Shown here piece by piece: positions 1 through 6,958 of a DNA stretch of 13,442 nucleotides. The position numbers and the translations under genes were made by a program. Position 1 is the first letter of the stretch. Every line of letters begins with the position of its first letter. The stretch lies in IMG/VR virus record IMGVR_UViG_3300045988_156009, positions 1-13,442 of that record; one strand, 5' to 3'. The DNA is from a virus. The notes under the pieces are model-generated. The model saw nothing but the letters and a program-made list of their open reading frames with translations. It searched no databases and was not told the DNA's origin.

Positions 1-27
1 GAGTTCAGACGTGTGCTCTTCCGATCT
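1..27. other. Illumina TruSeq-type adapter remnant (technical sequence, not biological)
   Basis: GAGTTCAGACGTGTGCTCTTCCGATCT is the 3' part of the TruSeq read-2 adapter. Its exact reverse complement closes the window at 13416..13442. Confidence 0.95.
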
Positions 28-303
28 GGGAAGGTAACAACAGAAAATTGTCACCCAGTTCCCCATGACCAGATTCGACAAACAACTGCTCCTTGTCATG
101 TCGTTTCTGGTATCCATCTATTGCCACAAGCACCGCTTGTCACGTCTACAATTGCACATTGTATCGCGCAACCATTCTATACCTTTCCCGTCAGTAGAGA
201 AAATTGTCCTCACAACTCAACTAACAGGGTATGTACATTAATAACAGACTGTGTTATTATGTATGTGTAAAGGGGAAGGAAACCTCAACAAACCAGAAAG
301 GAA
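28..303. repeat. Left inverted terminal repeat (ITR) of a linear protein-primed genome
   Basis: Reverse complement of 13142..13415. Positions 28..245 match 13198..13415 exactly (218 bp). Positions 246..303 align with a few substitutions and small indels (60 vs 58 nt). There is no convincing coding potential. Confidence 0.9.
232..260 (+). promoter_or_regulatory. Putative inward-facing early promoter in the inner part of the left ITR
   Basis: TGTACA (232..237), 17-nt spacer, then TGtTATTAT (extended -10, hexamer 255..260). A mirrored copy lies in the right ITR. It is followed by an SD (AAAGGAA) and the ATG at 309. Confidence 0.4.
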
Positions 304-308
304 CTAAA

Positions 309-536
309 ATGAACATTAAGAAGGTACTTCTTTCAGCTAACTGTTATCTCGAACTCGTTCGCATGGGCAGTACCGAAACTCCGAGTTATCGCTATTGCAT
401 CTGGTGGGACGAAGTAGACGGTTCCGAGTGCGTGAAGCGCATCCGCCGTTATTATATCGGAACGACCGCGGCAAACGGTGTTGCCAGCGAAAACAATCCG
501 AACGGATGGCAAGCCGTAGAGGTTGGGATGAAATAA
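309..536 (+). CDS. Hypothetical left-end early protein (75 aa), the only plus-strand gene
   Basis: ATG at 309 lies 5 nt after the SD AAAGGAA, which sits inside the ITR. The ORF ends in TAA at 534..536 and is followed directly by a hairpin terminator. The longer ORF-track form (231..) would start inside the ITR promoter. No recognisable motif. Confidence 0.55.
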   Translation: MNIKKVLLSANCYLELVRMGSTETPSYRYCIWWDEVDGSECVKRIRRYYIGTTAANGVASENNPNGWQAVEVGMK

Positions 537-537
537 G

Positions 538-566
538 AAGAAGACCTGCATGATGCAGGTCTTTTC
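538..566. terminator. Bidirectional intrinsic terminator between convergent genes
   Basis: Stem 539..550 pairs with 554..565 (core AGACCTGCA/TGCAGGTCT) around a 3-nt loop. A T-run (TTTTCTTATTATTT) follows on the plus strand and TCTTCTTATTT on the minus strand. It sits between the stop at 536 (+) and the stop at 570 (-). Confidence 0.65.
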
Positions 567-569
567 TTA

Positions 570-2000
570 TTATTTCCCGGTTGCAACCCAGTCAATAGGA
601 TAATATTCGCCAGTTGCGCCACTGGAAATTGTAATTTTGCACCCGGTGGTTGTCTTATCAAAAATCTTAATGACGCCAGTTGGTGCAGGGTTACTCCCAT
701 CGGTGGAATACGATGCAATCACTTGCGGAACAGCCGTAAATCCAGCATCTGCATAGTCAATTACTGTTTCCTTTCCAGTTGTAACTGTTACAGTATTTGA
801 GCCACTTACAATTTTCTGTTTTGCGCATAGTCTCTCAAGATCCGTCAAACGTGCGTTGATAGGTTCCTTATCCGTCGGATAATCTGCAGTCCCATTGATA
901 GCAGACCGATTGTTCCAGCTCCAATTATAGGCAGGGTTTATTCTCTGTGTCATCGGTACAGATTCCGCCCAGGCGCCGATGGTTGCCCACAAATTGGCAA
1001 AATTGACGGCTGATGACTTAGACCCGATTTGCTTCAGTGCCGCAGACGCATCGGATGCCGCCTTTATCGCATTAGTGCCTGCTGATTTCGCATTTTTGTC
1101 GGCCTCCTCCGCCTTGGTGTACGCCTCCTGTGCATCCGATTCAACGTTTCCCAACTCCGTTGTAAGTTGTTCGGTCTTATCGTTTACATATGAGACTGTC
1201 GCATATTGAGTGTCAGTCTGCCCCGTAACCATTGCGAACGCGAAAATTCTAATTTTAGCAACCACACCAATTTTTTCTTCGTCACTAAAGATTGTCACAT
1301 ATGCCTTATTATATAACGAAGTAGACGAGGACTTAGTGGGTGCAAGAGTTAGCGAATATGATATATTATCAGTTACGGGTGCCGCTTGTTCGCGGACAGC
1401 GATGGCGAAGTTACAAGGTGCAATATCATTACTGAGTATAGTACCGCTGACGGTATCCGCTCCGAAATATAACTTGTATTCGCCCACGAGCTTAACAGTA
1501 GAGCCGGGTAGCAACGCATTTTCGATCGAATCTAGTCGTGCCTGTATTGTCCCCTTGGTAATATCATACGTTCCGCCTGTCCCAGCAATCGAACGGCTGT
1601 TTGTCTGCTCGTTTGTTTGCACTTGTAGCAGTTTACTGCCTAACGTTTGTGTTGCATTGTAATCACCAATAATGCTCCACAAATTTCCAAAATTTGGCAC
1701 TTCGCCCTTTATGCCGATGCTTTTTTCTGCCGAATTGACACGGGTAGACAACTGCCCAATACTGGTTGTATGTGCGGTAATCTGATTTTGCAAAATCTGG
1801 TCGTTTGTTGTACGTGCCGAGCGTTCACCGGCTATTTTTTCATCAAGTACAGCGTCTTGTTCATCGACATACGTTTTGCTGACAGCGCCGCTATTTTCCA
1901 GCGTGTCCACACGTCCGTCAAGATTTTTGATGCTGTTCAGCACCCAGTCCAAATTTTCCTGATGGAAATTTGTAAAAGGGAACTGTTCCCAAATTGCCAT
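570..2000 (-). CDS. Tail fiber / receptor-binding protein (gp12 position)
   Basis: The probable start is the ATG at 2000 (MAIWEQFPFTNFHQENLDWVL...), with SD AGGAG 8 nt upstream and lying after the upstream gene's stop at 2015. The ORF track extends to 2057. The N-terminal F-x-N-F-H-x-x-N-L-D-W motif is typical of Firmicutes phage fiber N-termini. It has coiled-coil-like segments and two repeated modules, and it is the last gene of the structural operon. Confidence 0.6.
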   Translation of the reverse strand: MAIWEQFPFTNFHQENLDWVLNSIKNLDGRVDTLENSGAVSKTYVDEQDAVLDEKIAGERSARTTNDQILQNQITAHTTSIGQLSTRVNSAEKSIGIKGEVPNFGNLWSIIGDYNATQTLGSKLLQVQTNEQTNSRSIAGTGGTYDITKGTIQARLDSIENALLPGSTVKLVGEYKLYFGADTVSGTILSNDIAPCNFAIAVREQAAPVTDNISYSLTLAPTKSSSTSLYNKAYVTIFSDEEKIGVVAKIRIFAFAMVTGQTDTQYATVSYVNDKTEQLTTELGNVESDAQEAYTKAEEADKNAKSAGTNAIKAASDASAALKQIGSKSSAVNFANLWATIGAWAESVPMTQRINPAYNWSWNNRSAINGTADYPTDKEPINARLTDLERLCAKQKIVSGSNTVTVTTGKETVIDYADAGFTAVPQVIASYSTDGSNPAPTGVIKIFDKTTTGCKITISSGATGEYYPIDWVATGK

Positions 2001-2014
2001 ATTATCATCTCCTG

Positions 2015-2587
2015 TCAGTAAATCCAAATTAAGAAGCGTTTCTGGAAATCCTTGCAAATAATATCGTATATATTGAACATTGCCACATCGCGCTCAGACT
2101 GCAACATCTGTTGCGTTGTCGTTACGCCGATGTTGCCGTGGACTCTGCTATCATGCGTGGTTGTGCTTGTGTTTGTTCCGGCGCTGTCGCTGGTGGTGTT
2201 GCTTGCGCTGCTGGATTCGCTCGCACTGTCATCGGCAGGAGTAGTCAAATTATTGTAGCCGTAAACCTGTGTTTTGCCTGTTCCGTTGCCTGTTGCATTG
2301 CTGGTGGCGTTTGTTTTCGTCGTACCGGTAAACACATCGGTAGACGTTTCCGTTCTGTCATAATTTTCTATTGGATTATATTCAGCTTTAAGCGTTTTCG
2401 CCAAATGTGCCCATGTATATTGAGATATATTACTCCATGTTGCAATCAGCGACTTAAGCAAAGGCGGGTAGGAATAGAGGACAGGCATATCCCCATATTG
2501 TGCCATTAGCGTGTTGATAAAATCGGCTGCCGATAGATTATCAGGCAAGTCAATGCCGTCAAAAATCGACTTGTCAAAGTTGTACAT
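2015..2587 (-). CDS. Putative lower collar / tail tube connector protein (gp11 position)
   Basis: Lies between the portal and the fiber, as phi29 gp11 does. The ORF track gives 2015..2668, but that overlaps the portal by 95 nt. The ATG at 2587 (MYNFDKS...) is preferred and the ATG at 2614 is possible. It contains an AEYNPIENYDR motif and a long Ser/Thr/Asn-rich low-complexity segment. Function is assigned by synteny only. Confidence 0.4.
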   Translation of the reverse strand: MYNFDKSIFDGIDLPDNLSAADFINTLMAQYGDMPVLYSYPPLLKSLIATWSNISQYTWAHLAKTLKAEYNPIENYDRTETSTDVFTGTTKTNATSNATGNGTGKTQVYGYNNLTTPADDSASESSSASNTTSDSAGTNTSTTTHDSRVHGNIGVTTTQQMLQSERDVAMFNIYDIICKDFQKRFLIWIY

Positions 2588-3503
2588 CGTCACCAGCATT
2601 ACGCCCAACGTCATCACCTCCATTAAGCGGGTATCTGCGCTCACAAGTGATTGCAACATTGTATGCACTCTTTACCTCAGCAATACAATTTTGGATAGTA
2701 TCAAACCATTGCGCTACAATGCTGTCCGTCTCCACGTTATTGCGCTCTGCTTCTGCCGTAATCAAACGTTCCTTTTTGTCAACGTTACAAGTCGGAATAC
2801 CAATACGAGTGTCAAATTCCGCCTCAATTTGGCGCATGTTGGAAAGTATACGGTCAGCGATGTAGTTCTGCCCCACGTTTTGGGCGAACGGTTGCCATGA
2901 TGGTTTGCCGTCATCGTCAAAAAGTCCTTTGTCAACCCAGACAGCCAATTCGCCCGAATTAACTCTGTCCATGAGTTCCTTTCCCGTCTGCGCAGCGTTT
3001 TTGGAAGAGACCGCGAACACATAGGAAAGTTTAGAATTCATAATGTTCATGGCCAGCGATTCGACCGATGTTGCAAGTAAATCAGCATAATAATTTACAA
3101 GGTCAAGCGCTCCGTGGTAGTCTCTCTGGAGACGGAAAAGCACGCAGTCCTTGCCAATCTCCAGATGCATAGGCGGCAAAAGAGGGTTTGCAATCTGTAC
3201 GGTCGTAGGCTGATAGAATACATTGTACCCATACAGCGCTCCGGCCTGAGGAATCACGCCAAATTTGCGACTGTTAAAAATTGCCACGCTCCCCCATCCG
3301 TAAAGACATCCCAGGAAATATGTGTCGCTCCAGCCGTCCGGGAAAGTCCATTTGAATTGGCTTGTCAGCTTTTGGAATAAATAACGCTGATAGTAGCCGA
3401 AAATAGCTGTGTTTTTGGTGTGGCATGTGGAAGGGATAATAGAAGATTCATAGGCATTTATCTGATGATAATTAAAAGGCGGTTCACTCATCGTTGTTTT
3501 CAC
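2574..3503 (-). CDS. Portal (upper collar / connector) protein, phi29 gp10-like
   Basis: 309 aa, the same length as phi29 gp10. The segment IGIPTCNVDKKERLITAEAERNNVETDS resembles gp10 [28 protein letters not shown]. The ORF starts with GTG at 3503. The ATG at 3491 (MSEPP...) is an equally plausible start. Confidence 0.85.
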   Translation of the reverse strand: MKTTMSEPPFNYHQINAYESSIIPSTCHTKNTAIFGYYQRYLFQKLTSQFKWTFPDGWSDTYFLGCLYGWGSVAIFNSRKFGVIPQAGALYGYNVFYQPTTVQIANPLLPPMHLEIGKDCVLFRLQRDYHGALDLVNYYADLLATSVESLAMNIMNSKLSYVFAVSSKNAAQTGKELMDRVNSGELAVWVDKGLFDDDGKPSWQPFAQNVGQNYIADRILSNMRQIEAEFDTRIGIPTCNVDKKERLITAEAERNNVETDSIVAQWFDTIQNCIAEVKSAYNVAITCERRYPLNGGDDVGRNAGDDVQL

Positions 3504-5001
3504 TCCCCTCTATAAAAAATCCGTTTGTTAGATATTGCGACAATGCTGCTATTTCGGGCTGAGTTGCCAATACTGTATCAATATCAGGACGCATAACAGT
3601 TGTAAATCCTGATAGGTTAGATAACTTAAGTTTTTTACAACACGGCGTTCCCAGGTCATCGTTATCTGCAGGCACAATGCTTGCGAATTGATAGTATAGC
3701 GTGGGTGCAGCTCTATAATCAGCTAATCCGCCGTTTTGCCCTTTAACGGATAATTCAGCGTTCGCCGCCATTGCTGCTGAACCAATATTGGAAAAATCGC
3801 CTGTTGCAATGCCCTGTACTAAACCTGCTATTGCGCCCTGAGCCGTCGAGGAAGAAAGCAAGGCGGAAGAGGCGCCCAACACAGCTCCTACTTTACCTCC
3901 CGTCATTGCACCCTGCGCAATCGAACCTACTTCATTTTTAACGTCTGACAGAATAGACTTTGCAACGGATTGTTGCGCAAGTTGTATATCAACGCCTATA
4001 TTGCAATCAGCGGAATAAATAAGAGGGGCACCTCTACCTTGGCAAGATACCTGGAGATGGCCAATACCCGAAATGCAATCGATACGAACGAAAACATCAA
4101 GCGTCCTGTTCGCAGTTAGCTTTGATGCGTCAATAGAGAAGACCCCGAACGGCTGAAAAGAAAAGTAGAAATTCGAGTAAGGCCTAAAATCAAGCCAGTT
4201 CCCGCGCCCTATCTGAGGGTGCGAAGGAACTTCCACTGTAAATTGTTTGATGATAACTGCGGCAGACGCAAGTTTCGAGGCGCTCCCTCCTGTAAAATCC
4301 CAACCAGAAACAGAAATTGTGCTCACTTGTCCTGACGTTGGCGGTTTTTCCGGGAACCATTTGCAAGACACGATATATTGAAAAGGGTTGATTATAGCTC
4401 TTGAAAGTTCCTGCGAAATCTCTGCCGCGCTAATCCCCATATACGAATAATCTTTCATCAGCGCGGATCGCAAACCAGCGAATTGTGCGCTTGTCATCAC
4501 ATAATAAGATACGCAACCAACTGTATCAGTTGCCTTATTGATAATTCCCAACACATAATAGCCAGTTGTAAGCGAATCAAAGCTCCAGCCAGTAGTCAGC
4601 GTGTAGCCGTGTGAAATGGTAGATGTTACTGGATAAAGTGTGTCTACAATTGATAAATCGCCAGCGCTTGCGGAACGCAGGATATATTGCGTTGTCTCTT
4701 TGAGTGTATCCCAGTACGTTGCCAGCACATCACACGCCAGTGTGTACAGCACGCGATTTTGGGCAAACGTTATATCAGTAACAAAATAATATCTGTGAAA
4801 ATCTGGTATATACGCATAATTATAAGAAGAGGGGGAAAGAAGCCCCTGCGGAAAAATAAGTGTAATTTGAGGCGCAATAACGCTTGTGCTGTCTTTCAGT
4901 ACGCATTCCGCGAAAAAAGACAACTGCCCTTCCATGTCTTTTTGAGTAGGAATTTTCGTCGAATTTATACGCTTTCGATATGCGTAAAATCTCACTTGCA
5001 T
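3484..5001 (-). CDS. Tail knob / distal tail tube protein, phi29 gp9-like
   Basis: The N-terminal pattern NYAYIPDFHRYYFVTDITF...ACDVLATYW parallels gp9 ...YIMFQNADYGNKWFYAFVTELEF...EIDVLQTWMF. SD GGAGGTG lies 5 nt before the ATG at 5001. A Gly/Ala-rich hydrophobic segment (aa ~345-420) matches the relative position of the gp9 pore-forming loop. Confidence 0.65.
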   Translation of the reverse strand: MQVRFYAYRKRINSTKIPTQKDMEGQLSFFAECVLKDSTSVIAPQITLIFPQGLLSPSSYNYAYIPDFHRYYFVTDITFAQNRVLYTLACDVLATYWDTLKETTQYILRSASAGDLSIVDTLYPVTSTISHGYTLTTGWSFDSLTTGYYVLGIINKATDTVGCVSYYVMTSAQFAGLRSALMKDYSYMGISAAEISQELSRAIINPFQYIVSCKWFPEKPPTSGQVSTISVSGWDFTGGSASKLASAAVIIKQFTVEVPSHPQIGRGNWLDFRPYSNFYFSFQPFGVFSIDASKLTANRTLDVFVRIDCISGIGHLQVSCQGRGAPLIYSADCNIGVDIQLAQQSVAKSILSDVKNEVGSIAQGAMTGGKVGAVLGASSALLSSSTAQGAIAGLVQGIATGDFSNIGSAAMAANAELSVKGQNGGLADYRAAPTLYYQFASIVPADNDDLGTPCCKKLKLSNLSGFTTVMRPDIDTVLATQPEIAALSQYLTNGFFIEGSENNDE

Positions 5002-5005
5002 TTTA

Positions 5006-5764
5006 TCACCTCCAGTTTCTCGCCGCTTTGCAGATAAACCAAATTGGTAAAGGCTTTAGATTCACGTCTTTCAATTCATCATACCAGTATTTTGCCCACT
5101 TGATGCGGTTCGCGCCTGTTAAATCCCAGAGTCGTTTCCCTGCCTGCTCATAGCCAAAAAACCAGCACTGTGTCAGGTCTTCGATGTCATCCGCCGTTTT
5201 GTCAGCATTATAAAAATCCATCTCCAGCGGAAAATTATACGGTGGATTGTACCTGCTCCACTCGGTATCATTTTCCAGCTCCCACATTAGTTTGGCGATT
5301 TGCACTGTGCCATTATACCAACACGGCGTGTCAGCGTCATATGCCCCTACAGCCCCAAATACATCATTAGCCCACGGCGCAATATCCGCCGCTGGTGTCC
5401 ACTGCACCAGCCCGAAGCCGTGTGATTCTGGTATTTGCTGGTAGTCGCTTGCTGGTGTCGGTGCAAACGGCTTCCCCTTTGCCCTCTCCCACAATCCGGG
5501 GTTATATGTTGATTCTGACGCAATATTGCCCAGTATAGCACATATTTGCGGGAGTTTCCAGCCGTTCGCCGTCATCCCGATTGCAAATAATTTCGCGTTT
5601 GTCTCTGATTCTATCGATTTATTTGCATAATCGAAAAAAGCGTTCCCATAAATTTGGAAATACCATTCTTCCGGCAATTTGAAAGGCTTGTATAAATGAG
5701 GATATTTGGAAGATGAAGGGGCTACAATTGGCAATAGGTTAGAACCGTTTACCCTTAAAGCCAT
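5006..5764 (-). CDS. Virion-associated peptidoglycan hydrolase (phage tail lysozyme domain, gp13-like role)
   Basis: The motifs ILGNIASES and GFGLVQWT match the signature of the phage tail lysozyme family (GN..ES ... G.G..QWT). SD GGGAGGGG precedes the ATG at 5764. It is embedded among the structural genes. Confidence 0.65.
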   Translation of the reverse strand: MALRVNGSNLLPIVAPSSSKYPHLYKPFKLPEEWYFQIYGNAFFDYANKSIESETNAKLFAIGMTANGWKLPQICAILGNIASESTYNPGLWERAKGKPFAPTPASDYQQIPESHGFGLVQWTPAADIAPWANDVFGAVGAYDADTPCWYNGTVQIAKLMWELENDTEWSRYNPPYNFPLEMDFYNADKTADDIEDLTQCWFFGYEQAGKRLWDLTGANRIKWAKYWYDELKDVNLKPLPIWFICKAARNWR

Positions 5765-5782
5765 TGTAGCCCCTCCCTCTAA

Positions 5783-6958
5783 TTAGTCCATCAAAATGAC
5801 AATGCCTTTTTCCGTAAAGTCGATTGCATGGCGCTCGTTGTACTTCCAGAAAATATTGTAATACTCACCCTTAGCATTGGGTGGCGTGACTCGCTGTCGC
5901 GTCAGAATCGGGCTGTAACCAAAAGCGTCACGGTCGCAGATTACGCCAATTACATTGTCTTTAAGCACATTATTTGTCGCAGTTACAATCGTGCCATCGT
6001 TTGCAAGATACTGCGGCTTAACCACGTTGATGGTCTGAGGCTGTGTCAAAATCTGCCAATAGTTTACATATTCAACGTCACCTGCCAATTTGAGGAAATT
6101 GTCGTGGTATGTATCCGCGATTGCCATCATGTCAGCCTGATGCATAAATTGCGAATTCAAATAAACTCGCTGGTAACTCTTGGGCGTGTGCTGCAAAAAC
6201 ACACCATTGACGTTGTTGGTCTGGTACGCGCTGGAATATTCTTCCAGCATATCGGACAGCGCCGCAAGACGGGCAAACGACCACTGCATAAACGCCTTGT
6301 AATTGTTACCCTGCATAACGGTCGTAGCTGTAAGCTCCTGCCCCGTTGCGGCATTGTATTCCGTCAGCAGGTGGATAACATCCGCGTTTTGTGCAATCTT
6401 ACCAGCCATAAATCCTGCAATAGTTGCGCGTGCAGTTTCTTCATGCGTTTTTTCGATTTTGTTTGACATATTAGTTAGCACCATCGAAATGAAACTGCCG
6501 AACTCGTCTGCCGACTTGAATGCAGTATCCAACTGTGTTTCAAAAATTGTTTTTTCGTACTCATAAGCTTGCTGCCCGTAGAAATTAAGCTGCAACGCCT
6601 TAGGCTTGCGAACGGCGTACTGGTCAACACTCTCCCCGTCAGTAAGGTCACAATACGGGTTGTCGGTCAGGTCATTAGGGTCATCAATTGTCTTAATTTT
6701 CCTAACCCAGTTACCCCAACGGTCTGTAGGAATCCGCATCCCGGCGAACTTTGCACTGTAAGGGCGGCTAGAAAAAATCGTCCGCGAAAGCAGCTGCGAA
6801 ATCGCGCCCATAACAGGGTCAGCGCCCGTTTTCAGCGCCGTCTGCCCCAGCGTCAAAAGCTGCTTAGTATCAAGCGCCCCCGTTTCCTGTCCCGTCGCAT
6901 CCTTTAGCACTGCTTTGAGTAGCGTGCTAATCTTGTCGATTGTCAGCGTGTTAGCCAT
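5783..6958 (-). CDS. Putative major capsid protein
   Basis: 391 aa from the ATG at 6958 (MANTLTIDK...), with SD GGAGGTG 6 nt upstream. The ORF-track start at 6973 lacks an SD. It lies directly after the scaffold-like gene, as gp8 follows gp7 in phi29, and it is the largest non-tail structural ORF. Assignment is by position and size. Confidence 0.6.
   Translation of the reverse strand: MANTLTIDKISTLLKAVLKDATGQETGALDTKQLLTLGQTALKTGADPVMGAISQLLSRTIFSSRPYSAKFAGMRIPTDRWGNWVRKIKTIDDPNDLTDNPYCDLTDGESVDQYAVRKPKALQLNFYGQQAYEYEKTIFETQLDTAFKSADEFGSFISMVLTNMSNKIEKTHEETARATIAGFMAGKIAQNADVIHLLTEYNAATGQELTATTVMQGNNYKAFMQWSFARLAALSDMLEEYSSAYQTNNVNGVFLQHTPKSYQRVYLNSQFMHQADMMAIADTYHDNFLKLAGDVEYVNYWQILTQPQTINVVKPQYLANDGTIVTATNNVLKDNVIGVICDRDAFGYSPILTRQRVTPPNAKGEYYNIFWKYNERHAIDFTEKGIVILMD

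Noticed and set aside
28-231. pRNA or another ncRNA encoded in the outer ITR, by analogy with the left-end location of phi29 pRNA
   Set aside because: I could not find a convincing promoter on either strand within 28..231 (best matches 3/6 in the -10) or an extended stable fold. The ITR promoters fire inward, away from this segment. The idea remains open only if a non-canonical promoter exists.
13-270. 85-aa ORF in the left ITR and its twin at 13176..13430 in the right ITR
   Set aside because: The ATG lies inside the Illumina adapter (position 13). The two ORFs are simply the same ITR sequence read inward from both ends. There is no SD, and the reading frame ends where the ITR copies diverge.
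28-303. Possibility that the inverted repeat is an assembly or library artefact (palindromic chimera)
   Set aside because: An artefactual fold-back would give perfectly identical arms. Here the inner ~58 bp have substitutions and indels while keeping promoter and SD features, and each arm continues into different unique genes. The protein-primed PolB independently predicts ITRs.
924-953. Promoter-like ATGACA-18 nt-TATAAT on the minus strand inside the tail fiber gene
   Set aside because: The match is good, but it lies within coding sequence, has non-optimal 18-nt spacing and no TGn extension. There is no in-frame start codon or SD downstream before the fiber stop, so it would drive no product. 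It is probably a chance occurrence.
1735-1763. Plus-strand TTGACA-17 nt-AATACT, antisense to the fiber gene
   Set aside because: The -10 is poor (4/6), nothing plausible is encoded downstream on the plus strand, and there is no terminator. It is treated as chance.
5828-6466. 212-aa plus-strand ORF antisense to the capsid gene, and similar plus-strand ORFs (979..1209, 1210..1662, 1647..2021, 2111..2509, 2511..2900, 4687..5037, 7274..7648, 7503..7847, 7879..8292, 8862..9293, 9692..10069, 11301..11615, 12118..12432)
   Set aside because: They are shadow ORFs fully nested opposite well-supported minus-strand genes. They lack SD sequences, have odd compositions (Cys/Arg/Val-rich), and leave no room in an otherwise tightly packed co-oriented operon.
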